DNA of 56,130 bases, taken from positions 1-56,130 of the IMG/VR virus record IMGVR_UViG_3300037333_000141. One strand, written 5' to 3'. The notes under the pieces were generated by a model that saw nothing but the letters and a program-made list of their open reading frames with translations, was not told the origin of the DNA and did no database searches. Shown here in pieces: positions 9,032-19,200 of the stretch; the first letter of the stretch is position 1, and every line of letters starts with the position of its first letter. Source of the DNA: a virus. Its lineage: Duplodnaviria; Caudoviricetes. A program made the translations under genes and the position numbers.

Positions 9032-10004
9032 CTTTAGGTTTTACAGTCTTTCTTATAGTTATCTGCTCAATATCTTTTTTTTGCTCTTTTACTGCATCAT
9101 CAAAGCTTAATGGTTTAAATAAATTACCTAATGTCTTACTCGTAGGGTTAATGTTATTATCACTATCAATCTCAAAGCCTAAGCTATCTAACTGCATTAC
9201 TAACTTATTGTAGTCATTCTCAATAAAGCTATTGAGTTTATCTTGAAATTGTTTAATTGTTTCATCTTGATTGTGTTGTAATTCTGCTTCTTTTTGCAAC
9301 ATATCCATTTTAGATTTTTTCATTTCATCTAATAATAAAATATTTCTCTTATAGGCGCCTGTTTTCATTTCAAGATTTTCAAGTGCTTCGACTATTTCAC
9401 CATCTGCTATATATCCATCTCTTAACAGTGTGTTTGTTATAGTTTTTCTTAGCTCATTTTCGCTTGCACGCTCAACACTATCAAAATTTAATCCACACAT
9501 ACCATCTTTACAAGTATTATCAACTATGACTCTATTTGTAGTGAAGTTTGGATAAGCTACATAATCAAAACCATAAAACTTACCACGATTCAAGTCGTGA
9601 GCCGAACTAAAACCACCTATTCCTGACTTAATAAGCTTTTGTATGTCGTTACCCTCATCAGTATTTAAAATGCGTTGAGTATGTCTTACTAGACCATCCT
9701 CTAACCATTCCATAGATATAGTTTTACAACTAGGAACTATTCTGACTCCAAATTCATCAACTGATTTTATAGTTCCTTTGTCAAAATCTCTTATATCATG
9801 AGTGTAACCACCTAATGCATATCCGTTTTTAATGTGCATCTGAGTTTCTTTGTTTGATACCATCTCTATATATTTAGTCTTGTTATAATCTCTTGATTTT
9901 CCAAGTTTGTGTCCGTGAGCAAACGGGTTAAAAGTAATAGTTACTTCCATCGTCCCATCTTCAAATTCTTTTATAGTATTTCCATCAATTAAATTTTTAC
10001 TCAT
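9009..10004 (-). CDS. pro: Prohead (head-processing) protease, P1 Pro-like
   Basis: VPSCKTISM, VRHTQRILNT.EG, GGFSSA, FYGFDYVAYPNF match P1 Pro blocks; follows portal. Confidence 0.82.
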   Translation of the reverse strand: MSKNLIDGNTIKEFEDGTMEVTITFNPFAHGHKLGKSRDYNKTKYIEMVSNKETQMHIKNGYALGGYTHDIRDFDKGTIKSVDEFGVRIVPSCKTISMEWLEDGLVRHTQRILNTDEGNDIQKLIKSGIGGFSSAHDLNRGKFYGFDYVAYPNFTTNRVIVDNTCKDGMCGLNFDSVERASENELRKTITNTLLRDGYIADGEIVEALENLEMKTGAYKRNILLLDEMKKSKMDMLQKEAELQHNQDETIKQFQDKLNSFIENDYNKLVMQLDSLGFEIDSDNNINPTSKTLGNLFKPLSFDDAVKEQKKDIEQITIRKTVKPKVGIFRNA

Positions 10005-10006
10005 TC

Positions 10007-11539
10007 TTAAAATTCCTCTTCTTTAGGTTTTGATAAAATCATATCAATATCTATGTTTATTACGTTTTCTTTGTAATCTTCACTTATTGAAGAAATTCTA
10101 CTAAGCTTTGCATATAGTGATTTTCTTACATCAGGTGTATCAGGATAGCCTTTTTCTTTTAAGTCAGTAAGAATTGCATTATACTGAGAATCATTCATAA
10201 GTGCTTCTGCTGTTTGAGCTTCTTCCGCTTGTTGAGCGTGATTAATTACACTTCTGAAATTTACTTCTATCTGAGATAAGTCTATTTCAATATCAAATTT
10301 TGCGATAAAATGAATTTTTATAATATCAAAAACATATTCACGTATTGCACTTCTTATTTGTGTCCCTTGCGCATCCATTTGAAGCGAGTTTTGAACTACA
10401 CCATCTTTTTCACCACCGCCTATTGACATACCAGCGAAAGGAGTCATCTCAATATTAAAACCTATAGCACCAATAAATCTGCGTATGTGTATCATTATGT
10501 CTTCAATATTTTGAAAACCTTGAAAGTTAGGACTACTTTCTTGGATAGATATACCATTAGTTCCATCATTTGTTGTTGGGATTATATGATTAGCCATTAG
10601 AACACCTGGTGATTTAGTGCTTATCTTGTCTTTTATAGATGATAATGTAGATTTTATTTGGTTCTCTAACCCTTTTTTCAAAGCTTCTTTCTCGTCAGCA
10701 TTTACAGAGTTTAAAGAGTGAATAATAAATCTTTCTAGTACACTACTTGCAATACGAGTATTTGCTAAAGATTTTATAGCCCACTCGTAACCCAAAAACT
10801 CTTTGTAAACACCCTCCATTACTCCACCATAAATACCATCTTCATATATAGTTTCTTCGCTATTAAATAAATCTATGTTATTAATTGTAGCTAATTGCTC
10901 TGTTGTTACAGTTGTTATACCATTTCCAGCAGAGTTTAGTCTCCCTACAAAAATAGGTGCTACATATTGACGAGAGTTGTTATGTGTTACGAAAGAATTT
11001 TTACCCTTTAATATATCTCTTCCGCTTCCAACTTCGTATGCAACAGTTTTTCCTTGGTTAGATACTATCGGAGTTATATTAAATGGAGTTGTAGAGAAAT
11101 TTCTTAGTATTTTCGTAACACCTTTTTTGCTTTCAGAATGAATTCTGGCATAACCATCACCAAAAAATTGACTATCAAGAGTTATATCTATTAGATTTTT
11201 ACTTATTAAATCTACTAAATACTTAAATTCATTATTAATAATTTTCTTCATCTTTTTATCAATATTTGCATCTTGCTTCAATACAATATCAAACGGCTTT
11301 ATATTGTCGTGTGTAGTTCCTATAGCACGTACAATAATAACTTTAACCATCTCTCTAGTAAAAGTATCTTCGTACATTTCCTGACGCTCTAAAAGCTCAC
11401 TATCTCTGCTTATTGTTTTAAGAGATATTGAACCAGTTATAGATAAATTTCTAGGAGATGAGCCAGCGTAATAACTATTCAAAAGTTTAAGGTTTTCAAC
11501 TTCCTCTCTCAACTCTTTAAATTTGTTTTTCTTAGCCAT
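10007..11539 (-). CDS. prt: Portal protein, P1 Prt-like
   Basis: 510 aa; FGDGYARI, IEDIMIHIRRFIGAIG, GGGE.DG; adjacent to protease as in P1. Confidence 0.8.
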   Translation of the reverse strand: MAKKNKFKELREEVENLKLLNSYYAGSSPRNLSITGSISLKTISRDSELLERQEMYEDTFTREMVKVIIVRAIGTTHDNIKPFDIVLKQDANIDKKMKKIINNEFKYLVDLISKNLIDITLDSQFFGDGYARIHSESKKGVTKILRNFSTTPFNITPIVSNQGKTVAYEVGSGRDILKGKNSFVTHNNSRQYVAPIFVGRLNSAGNGITTVTTEQLATINNIDLFNSEETIYEDGIYGGVMEGVYKEFLGYEWAIKSLANTRIASSVLERFIIHSLNSVNADEKEALKKGLENQIKSTLSSIKDKISTKSPGVLMANHIIPTTNDGTNGISIQESSPNFQGFQNIEDIMIHIRRFIGAIGFNIEMTPFAGMSIGGGEKDGVVQNSLQMDAQGTQIRSAIREYVFDIIKIHFIAKFDIEIDLSQIEVNFRSVINHAQQAEEAQTAEALMNDSQYNAILTDLKEKGYPDTPDVRKSLYAKLSRISSISEDYKENVINIDIDMILSKPKEEEF

Positions 11540-11543
11540 TAAA

Positions 11544-11978
11544 CTAACCTTTTATTAAGCTGTATGCAACTACTTTAGAAGCACCGTAATTTGTTAATAT
11601 TTTACCTATTTTATACTTTACTTTGTCATAAACAAATATTTCACTTCCAACAGATAGAGTAAAATCATTTATGTATGCTTTTATAATAGGCTCATTGTTC
11701 TCATCATCTTGTTTCCAAAACATATCTTCACTTTGAGAATTAAGAAAATATATCTTTCTTTCTACACTATTTCCAAACGTATTTTTTGCATTACTATTTT
11801 GAATTGGATTTAGTTTTGTTATTGAACTGAACTCATCTGAAAAAACATCAATATCATTTATATCTATCTCATTCTCTATTATAGGGGTTACTATACAATC
11901 AATTCCTTTTTTATCAATAAGAGATAACATTTTTTCTGCTTCTTTTTGAGTGTATCTTTCTATTAAGTCATAATTCAT
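11544..11978 (-). CDS. Probable head completion/closure protein
   Basis: Size, beta-rich C-terminus, position next to portal. Confidence 0.4.
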   Translation of the reverse strand: MNYDLIERYTQKEAEKMLSLIDKKGIDCIVTPIIENEIDINDIDVFSDEFSSITKLNPIQNSNAKNTFGNSVERKIYFLNSQSEDMFWKQDDENNEPIIKAYINDFTLSVGSEIFVYDKVKYKIGKILTNYGASKVVAYSLIKG

Positions 11979-12324
11979 TATTATGCACCTTGATTACTAT
12001 TTTGTTTTCTTCTGAAACTTCTTTTCTTATACTTATACTTTTTATATTATTTGTATTCTCACTTATAACTATTCCTTTCATTACATCAATTAATATGTCA
12101 GATAACTTATTAATTATAATCTTTTTTTTGTCTGTATATACTATTATTTTTATATAATACATTCCATTGTGCATGTAAGAAGCTTGACACTTAAGTTCAC
12201 GTCTAGCTCTACGTATAAAGTCTGATATTAAAGTATCCTTTACAATTCTAAGCTTACCATTATTTATAGTTGGATATATATGGTTATCAACTATTTCAAA
12301 ATTTTCTCTAAGTGTATAAAAAAT
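11968..12324 (-). CDS. RusA-fold paralogue lacking catalytic Asp residues; probable ATT start
   Basis: Frame open 11968-12327 (track starts at internal ATG 12174); aligns by eye with RusA at 49285 (P.I.NGK; D...GI; I...I.K; IVI.V). Confidence 0.55.
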   Translation of the reverse strand: MFYTLRENFEIVDNHIYPTINNGKLRIVKDTLISDFIRRARRELKCQASYMHNGMYYIKIIVYTDKKKIIINKLSDILIDVMKGIVISENTNNIKSISIRKEVSEENKIVIKVHNNEL

Positions 12325-12327
12325 GTT

Positions 12328-13056
12328 TTACCCCTTAAATTTTATAGATTTACTTGCTTTTAGTGTTTTAGAGCTATCTTCTTTTTTGACTCTAACACCT
12401 TTTTTACCTGTTCTAATATTATTAATATATCTTTTAAATATATTATCTTTGAAACTCGGTTTTTTAACACCATTTAAAACTAAAACACAGTGCTTACAAA
12501 GTAATTTATTCTCTCCGTTAGCATTAGTTATTTTAGGAAAGCGATATTCTCTTTGACCTCCATCTGGTATTGTATTCATTTTAGTATGCCAGTATCTAAA
12601 TCTATATTTAAAATCATCACAACTACATTGAATAGAAATTTTATTCTCCATTAATAAAACACTATTGTTTTGTATTGTTATCGCTGTATGCTCTAAGTCT
12701 TGAAACTGCAAATCTACAAAGTAACTGCTAGGTTCATTTAATCCGCTTGACTTTACTACAAATTTAAATACACCTTTTTTAAAACTTGCAAGGAAGTATA
12801 TTTTTAGCTGTTCTTTAGTTCTTTTAACCCTATTTTTTTCTGTATGCTCTAAAAAGTTCTTAACTGTTAGATTATTACTTAAGACTTTAACTAAATTTTT
12901 AAGCTCTGCTACCATCTCACCAATAGTCTTAGGTGTTTCTCTCCTCATCTGTTGAGAGTATTGGTTTTTGTGAGCTGTTTGTTTTAGCTGTTGCATAGCT
13001 TTATGAGAATTAGTTTGTTTTAATTTTGCTACTTGTTTAATTTTCTTTATTTGCAT
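12328..13056 (-). CDS. SWIM zinc-finger protein, P1 gp25-like
   Basis: CSCDDFKYRFRYW...REYRFPKITN...LCKH. Confidence 0.7.
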   Translation of the reverse strand: MQIKKIKQVAKLKQTNSHKAMQQLKQTAHKNQYSQQMRRETPKTIGEMVAELKNLVKVLSNNLTVKNFLEHTEKNRVKRTKEQLKIYFLASFKKGVFKFVVKSSGLNEPSSYFVDLQFQDLEHTAITIQNNSVLLMENKISIQCSCDDFKYRFRYWHTKMNTIPDGGQREYRFPKITNANGENKLLCKHCVLVLNGVKKPSFKDNIFKRYINNIRTGKKGVRVKKEDSSKTLKASKSIKFKG

Positions 13057-13161
13057 TTTTATTTTCTCTCAAAATTCTCATATTATAAAGGTCACTACAC
13101 ACCTTTATATTGTAGTCTATATTGTTAATATTATCTAATATCTTTATATGCTCATTATATG

Positions 13162-13785
13162 TTAAGTGTAAAAAAAAAACTCATTCTCTAATGAAGCATA
13201 TCTGTTCTTTTTGTCTAATAATGACGGAGATTTTAAGTCGACCAAAAAATCAACATCAACAAAACCTATTTTAAGTATGCTATTTAGTGCTTTTATGTCT
13301 TCTCTAGTATTCTTACAGTCATCTTGCATTAAAAGTGTATCAACACCACTTTTGAGACCCTTTAAGCAACTACTAGCCATTATATAAATAGACAATAAAT
13401 CTGCATCACCACTTAAGTAACAATATTTCTCAGCGTCAATCGCTTTTTTTAGTGTTATGTTTGTATTTGAAAATCTAAATTTATTAATCGTGATTATTTT
13501 CTCTTCGTAGCTATTATTAGTAAGAAAATCTTTTGCGTAAATTTGTGGTATTTCTGAAATTTGTGGATTATCAAATGTTTGGAATAAATATTCTAATAAA
13601 ATAGCAAAAATATCTTGAACTAGAAGATTATTGACTTGCTTCATATCTAGTGTAGTAACTTTTTCAACAAAAAAAGCATAAAATTCAAAGCTATTCATCT
13701 TTCCAGCAACTAAAGACAATTCTAAACTTTCTTTAAATGAAATTGATTTTATATCATAATCTAAGTCATTGATGGTTTTAAACAT
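13162..13785 (-). CDS. Probable tail/baseplate assembly chaperone; likely extended to 13037 in the -1 frame
   Basis: Follows tube-fold gene; ends in a T10 run with an open -1 frame filling the gap to the next gene. Confidence 0.5.
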   Translation of the reverse strand: MFKTINDLDYDIKSISFKESLELSLVAGKMNSFEFYAFFVEKVTTLDMKQVNNLLVQDIFAILLEYLFQTFDNPQISEIPQIYAKDFLTNNSYEEKIITINKFRFSNTNITLKKAIDAEKYCYLSGDADLLSIYIMASSCLKGLKSGVDTLLMQDDCKNTREDIKALNSILKIGFVDVDFLVDLKSPSLLDKKNRYASLENEFFFYT

Positions 13786-13805
13786 TGATAACCTTTTTTA
13801 AATTA

Positions 13806-14351
13806 TTATATCACAATCTTTTTAAATGTTGTTTGTAGTACTTGGATGCTACTATCTCTTGTGCTAAAACCTAGTGATACTTCACCATCAAGTATAAAAT
13901 ATCCTCTATCTAATAATTTTTTATTCCATTTTGCATCAAGTGCATAGCACTCTAAATAAAAATAAAAATCAGTCACTAATAAGAAAGTACCATCACTAGG
14001 TATTATTTTCTTTCCCTTATTGTAAAATAAATAATCGTATGTTGTGTCTTCTTTTATTATGCTTTGACTAGAAATATCTATGTTATTTTGTATCTCAACA
14101 TCTATTGTTTCTATTGATGAGTCACTGAAATAGTTTATGTCTTTAGTTCCAACTTTACTACTTTCTATTGTTAAGTTTTTACCATTTAATGTAAATCCTT
14201 CTATCATTTCAAATGGAATTTTTTCTTTCTTAGATGGCTTAATCATCTTAATGTTTAATTCGTATTGGTCGCTCCATTGTGCTACATTTTTAACTCTTCG
14301 AGAGTTTGATATATGCTCTAAATAATCATTTCTACTAACCTTATTTATCAC
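13806..14351 (-). CDS. tub: Tail-tube-fold protein, P1 Tub-like
   Basis: IESSKVG..INY...IIPSDGTF....Y.LECYAL matches P1 Tub pattern. Confidence 0.6.
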   Translation of the reverse strand: MINKVSRNDYLEHISNSRRVKNVAQWSDQYELNIKMIKPSKKEKIPFEMIEGFTLNGKNLTIESSKVGTKDINYFSDSSIETIDVEIQNNIDISSQSIIKEDTTYDYLFYNKGKKIIPSDGTFLLVTDFYFYLECYALDAKWNKKLLDRGYFILDGEVSLGFSTRDSSIQVLQTTFKKIVI

Positions 14352-14812
14352 GTTAGTGTACTCCCAATTCCAATATTAAACTTATTTTTTAGGTTTTGCT
14401 TTATTGTTGATATATCTATTGTTTGTTGCTGAGAAAGTTCGTCTATCCCCAACCCTTTTAAAGTGTTTGTGTTTTTAAGTGAAGTGTTTAAAATCATAAA
14501 TTCGCATAAAGATAAATATTCACCTTGGTAGTTCAATGGTAAATCAAATTTAATTAAATCCAATGGTCGAACAAACACAACAGTATCTAAATCACTAACT
14601 ATATTTTCAATAACTTCTAAGTCTCCGTGAATATCCTGTAAATTACTTAGTGCTTCTTCGTAAGATAGTATTGAAGTATCTAATTTAAATTTAATAACAA
14701 CTTCACTAAAAAATACAATATCTACAGCACTTTTAACACTTGTTTCCTGCTCAGTAGATAATACTTCACTTGTTATAATCATAGCCGTGTTAAAAATGTC
14801 TTGTAGCTTCAT
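14348..14812 (-). CDS. Hypothetical virion protein (possible head-tail adaptor)
   Basis: Position in tail operon only. Confidence 0.4.
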   Translation of the reverse strand: MKLQDIFNTAMIITSEVLSTEQETSVKSAVDIVFFSEVVIKFKLDTSILSYEEALSNLQDIHGDLEVIENIVSDLDTVVFVRPLDLIKFDLPLNYQGEYLSLCEFMILNTSLKNTNTLKGLGIDELSQQQTIDISTIKQNLKNKFNIGIGSTLT

Positions 14813-14817
14813 ATTTA

Positions 14818-15345
14818 TTAGTTACCTAAATTAGCAATACTATCTGCTAGAGATACAACTTCATCAATAACAGATGGCATATATTGTCCACTAATAGTAG
14901 CACTAATAGTTAAAGGTGTTGTAGTCGCTTCACTATCTGCTTCTGGAGCATCAGCTAAGAAAACACTAGCATACTTAAGTGTTCCCCAGTGGCGTGTTTT
15001 TTCAATAGTACGACCAGCAAAGAAATCTACCTCTAAGTCTCCGTTTTTGTCTTCAAGTAAGATCTTCTCAAGTGTATTTTTTGCTAAAAGTGCATCATTT
15101 TCCATAAAAGTAACTTGAATATCATTCAGTAGTTGTAAATAACCATCTTGAGAGTTTTTAGCACCATGCACTGTAGAATACTCTACTTTTTCATCATTTT
15201 TTAGAGTTGGTAACCCATTCGTTTTAACGAAAAAAGTTAAGTGTTCATAACCTTTTATAACCATTGTTACATCAGCACCCAAAAGCTTTTTACCTAACTT
15301 TCTATCTGCTATAATAAAAGATTTTTGTGTTTCAAATCTTGACAT
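14818..15345 (-). CDS. bplB: Tail tube protein, P1 BplB-like
   Basis: G.KLL...MVIKGYEHLTFFVKT..LP....VEY....G.K.SQ.G.....IQV.FME matches P1 BplB. Confidence 0.7.
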   Translation of the reverse strand: MSRFETQKSFIIADRKLGKKLLGADVTMVIKGYEHLTFFVKTNGLPTLKNDEKVEYSTVHGAKNSQDGYLQLLNDIQVTFMENDALLAKNTLEKILLEDKNGDLEVDFFAGRTIEKTRHWGTLKYASVFLADAPEADSEATTTPLTISATISGQYMPSVIDEVVSLADSIANLGN

Positions 15346-15354
15346 TTTTTTTCC

Positions 15355-16095
15355 TTATAGAGTTTTTATATTTATATCGTTTCGTGATAGAGATTTTTTT
15401 GATTTAAGTGTTAAAGAAATTTGCCTAATAATAGAATTTCCATCCTTATCAAGCTTTAAATCATCTCTACTACTATTTACATTAGCAATTACATAAGTAT
15501 TGCTATTATATCTTTTTTTACCAAGCTTGACTATTACATCGAACGGAACATATCCGAATGCTTTATCTATAGAAATAGAGTCATTGTTTTTTATTGCACC
15601 TATTACCTGGGTTATTGCACTATTAACTATTCCATTAGTTAGCTGAGGTGAAGCCATCTTTAGTAATGCACTCAGTGGAGCTTCAACTTCCTCGAAGGCA
15701 TTTTTGTATGCTACAAATTCTAAAGTTAAATTTATTGTTTGTGGCTCAATACCTTTGAAAACTTGAACTGTTTCCATTGCACTAACAGAAGTTCTACCTA
15801 GCAAAACAGATGAACCTATAGCACTCTCCATAATTCCACTTTGTGCTAGTGCACTTGTGAATGAAAAGTTGCTTTCTGCATTACTACCCTCTAGTGGACT
15901 CTCCCAATTAATATCGAGAGAATTATCATCGCTAATTATCTTGCCTCTAACTTGAATGTTTTTCAAGTCGTCTGGTAATTCAAAATCTGCAACTTTTCCA
16001 CTTAAAGGATTTGTAGGAACAGATGGGTAGATAGTAGCAAAGTAGTTTTCATTAATACCTTGTAAATCTTGCCACCCATAAGTTTTTTTAACCAT
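15355..16095 (-). CDS. pmgG: Tube initiator/baseplate protein, P1 PmgG-like
   Basis: NWESPLEG, QVFKGIEPQTINLTLEFVA..A..EV..P..AL.KMASPQL, D.DGN. Confidence 0.65.
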   Translation of the reverse strand: MVKKTYGWQDLQGINENYFATIYPSVPTNPLSGKVADFELPDDLKNIQVRGKIISDDNSLDINWESPLEGSNAESNFSFTSALAQSGIMESAIGSSVLLGRTSVSAMETVQVFKGIEPQTINLTLEFVAYKNAFEEVEAPLSALLKMASPQLTNGIVNSAITQVIGAIKNNDSISIDKAFGYVPFDVIVKLGKKRYNSNTYVIANVNSSRDDLKLDKDGNSIIRQISLTLKSKKSLSRNDINIKTL

Positions 16096-16099
16096 TTAT

Positions 16100-16705
16100 C
16101 TATCTTAAACGTGATAGCTTTCTAAGCTTGTTAGATTTTGCACGATGAGCATTTGCAGATGATGAATGAGCTTTTAATCTCGCTTTCGCAAGTGCCATTT
16201 TTTGCTTAATACTTAATCTTACTTTTTTGTTTGGATTACGTTTGTTTATCCAAACTTTTTTACCACCACGTACTACCATTTTTCTACGATAGCCTTGAGG
16301 AGTGCTATCAAACGAAATTTCTGAAACATCATCTAAGTTTAGAGTATTTGAGATATTTTTACTTAAGTCTGAAATATCATCATAATCCAGTTGCTCATCT
16401 ACACTCTTGCTGATTGATTTAAAAGCATCAGTACTGTTTTTATCCCTGTCACTCATAAACTGATTTAACAATGGCTCTGATACACCTATGTTATCTAGTG
16501 CTAAAACGATATTTGCTTCATCAATAGTAATACCATCTGTTTCTAAATCATCAAGACCATTAACACAACGCACCAATCCATCAAATGTCAATACTTCATC
16601 AACACTACCCATCTCTTTTAAGATAGATAGTGTGTCAAAAGAAATTCTTTCTAAGTGTCTAGTCGCCATAAGCCGACGCTTTAGCTTGTGCTTTGCTAGA
16701 ACCAT
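16100..16705 (-). CDS. Prohead core-like protein (P1 PmgS-like); true start possibly 16669
   Basis: Acidic N-half, basic tail KMVVRGGKKVWINKR...RLSIKQKMALAKARLKAHSSSA. Confidence 0.7.
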   Translation of the reverse strand: MVLAKHKLKRRLMATRHLERISFDTLSILKEMGSVDEVLTFDGLVRCVNGLDDLETDGITIDEANIVLALDNIGVSEPLLNQFMSDRDKNSTDAFKSISKSVDEQLDYDDISDLSKNISNTLNLDDVSEISFDSTPQGYRRKMVVRGGKKVWINKRNPNKKVRLSIKQKMALAKARLKAHSSSANAHRAKSNKLRKLSRLR

Positions 16706-17420
16706 ATCTTTTTAAAATATTTTTTCTACGCTTAGTGTCTGCTTCTCCAGTATGTGCTTTCACTTGTGCTTGAAGAGTTTGCGCATTTTGTTCCGCAGTT
16801 CTTTTTTTATCTTTATTTTTAGAATGATTGTAATTACCATTTGGAAAGTCACCGCTAGGATACCTCCAAAAACCTTTTACACCATCGCTATATCCTATTT
16901 TGCATTGCTGAGTACTTTCATTGTACTCATTACCAGCACGACCTTTTTTGCATTTTGGTTTACTTTTATAAAAAACCCAATCATATTGAATACTATCTAA
17001 ATCAATAGTGTCTAGCATTTCATTATGTAGAGCTGTTGCTATAAACTCATTTATATCACCATCACCTATGCGGTCGATAAGTGTTTCTACAAGGCTTTCA
17101 AACTCATCTTGTGCAATATCGCTATCATCGCTCAATAAATCATCTATAGCACTCTCAGGCACTTTGATGTATGTCAATAATTGTTCTCCAATAAAAGCGA
17201 TTTTTTCTCTCTCATCTTCATCTAAACCATCTAAAATAATATCAAGTAGTTTTTCAAAAGTTTCAACTTCCATCTCTTTAGCATTTAAAAGTATAGAGAT
17301 GATATTACTTAATATTGAAAATGTTTTGTAAGCTTCTATAGTGTCATCAAATGTATGTTCTTCTCCAACATTATCAGTTTGCACTATAGCTCTTTTTAAC
17401 TGTTTTGTATCTAAAGCCAT
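16659..17420 (-). CDS. Prohead core-like protein
   Basis: Acidic N-half, basic C-terminus with KAHTGEA..KRRK, similar to neighbour. Confidence 0.55.
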   Translation of the reverse strand: MALDTKQLKRAIVQTDNVGEEHTFDDTIEAYKTFSILSNIISILLNAKEMEVETFEKLLDIILDGLDEDEREKIAFIGEQLLTYIKVPESAIDDLLSDDSDIAQDEFESLVETLIDRIGDGDINEFIATALHNEMLDTIDLDSIQYDWVFYKSKPKCKKGRAGNEYNESTQQCKIGYSDGVKGFWRYPSGDFPNGNYNHSKNKDKKRTAEQNAQTLQAQVKAHTGEADTKRRKNILKRYGSSKAQAKASAYGD

Positions 17421-17429
17421 ATTTTACCT

Positions 17430-18965
17430 TTAACCAATTTGTTTAGTAAGTGTACCTTGTACTACACCTCTTCTCATAACTCCCTCAGGAACATAAGAAT
17501 ATTGGACTACAATAGTATCACTATCTTTGTCTGAAACATCAAACTCGTACTTTTCATCAGCACTTGAACTAAAATATCCATTGCGTTCACACTTATCAAA
17601 TAGTTGACGCAAATATTCATTCGTATCCGACTTAGCACTTCCAAGGTTTTTAAATAGTTGTGAAGCAAGATAAAAAGCAATTTTTCTATCAATAAACCAT
17701 TTTCCCTCGGCAATATTAAATAATCTTGTGGACTGATTTTTAGGATTTGCACTTAATACATCAGCTATAACGAGTTTACCATTCATAATAGAAACAGTAT
17801 TTAGTCTGAACTTAACTAAATCTTCTTTTTCATCACTCGTAAGTGTTGGTAAATCTGATGATTTCATGCGTGGAAGTGCATAATCAACACCAGCTACACC
17901 CTCTACACGATATTCAACGTCATCAACAAGCTTTGATAAATTTCTTTTTACTGAATTGCCAACGATAAATCCACTAAGACCTATATCTAAACTACCAAAA
18001 TTAGTAAAAGTGTCTTTTCCTCTGTTCCATATAAACATAACACCCTCATTGTCGAAACCTAATGAGATAGCTTTACTTTTTGCAATTTCTAAAGTAGTTC
18101 CTTTTATGTCACAAACAAAAAGTACTTTAGCTTCGTAACAATCACTTCTAAAAGTTTTTAGTGTCGGTTCATCTTCAAGACCAGCAGTAAAAGCATAATC
18201 GCAAGACTCTAAATTATCTCTAACGCTAGATAGTGCATTTGCATAGTTATTGTCACCAGCATCAGCAACTAAACCATTATCGAAAGTTTCAGCTAGAGAA
18301 AAATCGCTTGTATAGTCATCATTGTTTGTGTCAACTTTTATAGTGATAATTTTATTGTCACAAATATTACCTATATAATTAGGAGTACCATTGTCATCAA
18401 CACTATCAAATTTAGCACCACCAGTAATAGAATAGACTTCATTTCCATTCTTATCTGAAACTTTAACAGTTACTAAATCGCTAACGTTAGTAATTGAAAT
18501 TGAATGCTTTTGAGATATACAACTATTTATTACTATTTCAAGCATTTCAGTTGCTGACGTTTCTTCCCAATCAACTATATTGTTATCACCAAATATATTT
18601 ACATCTGTAGAGCTATCTAATAATATCTCTCCGCTATCAGCATCTTTTTTCACTTCGATTATTTTAGTAGTACTATCAGCACCAAGTACACGACCAACTA
18701 CTACTTTACCTTTGTAGGCATTGAAATAGTCTGAGATATGATAAGCTATTTCATTATCAGCACTTCCACCAGCATTTAACAGTGTTGATTTAAGCTCTTC
18801 TGTTGCACTACCTAATATTACAGAATAATGAGGATGACCAAAAGATAGTTTACCAATAGTACAAGCTACACCAACCTCAGCAGTTGCAAGAGTTGTAGTT
18901 AAGTCTATTGTTGGGGCAATAAATATAGAAACATAATTCTTAGGCTGTGTTACATATAAACCCAT
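17430..18965 (-). CDS. Tail sheath protein
   Basis: 511 aa; E...L...RLNTV, VQYSYVPEGVMRR; follows capsid as in P1 23-22. Confidence 0.8.
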   Translation of the reverse strand: MGLYVTQPKNYVSIFIAPTIDLTTTLATAEVGVACTIGKLSFGHPHYSVILGSATEELKSTLLNAGGSADNEIAYHISDYFNAYKGKVVVGRVLGADSTTKIIEVKKDADSGEILLDSSTDVNIFGDNNIVDWEETSATEMLEIVINSCISQKHSISITNVSDLVTVKVSDKNGNEVYSITGGAKFDSVDDNGTPNYIGNICDNKIITIKVDTNNDDYTSDFSLAETFDNGLVADAGDNNYANALSSVRDNLESCDYAFTAGLEDEPTLKTFRSDCYEAKVLFVCDIKGTTLEIAKSKAISLGFDNEGVMFIWNRGKDTFTNFGSLDIGLSGFIVGNSVKRNLSKLVDDVEYRVEGVAGVDYALPRMKSSDLPTLTSDEKEDLVKFRLNTVSIMNGKLVIADVLSANPKNQSTRLFNIAEGKWFIDRKIAFYLASQLFKNLGSAKSDTNEYLRQLFDKCERNGYFSSSADEKYEFDVSDKDSDTIVVQYSYVPEGVMRRGVVQGTLTKQIG

Positions 18966-19198
18966 TATTTACTCTCTTTAGTACTTGTTTTTTGCTTTGG
19001 TTTAGGTGTTTGCTTTGGTTTTTCAGCTTCTTTTTCAAGAATAAGAACACCATTTTTATTTTTCTTACATTTAGATATAAAATCTGCATCTACAAAAGAT
19101 GCATGAACAGTAACAGAAACACCATCAGACACTTTTTGAGTGCCGATAGTTATATCTTTACCGCTTTGATTAGCGATTTGATATTTCATTTTTTTCAA
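18965..19198 (-). CDS. Hypothetical small virion-region protein
   Basis: 77-aa ORF coupled to sheath start. Confidence 0.6.
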   Translation of the reverse strand: MKKMKYQIANQSGKDITIGTQKVSDGVSVTVHASFVDADFISKCKKNKNGVLILEKEAEKPKQTPKPKQKTSTKESK

Positions 19199-19200
19199 CC

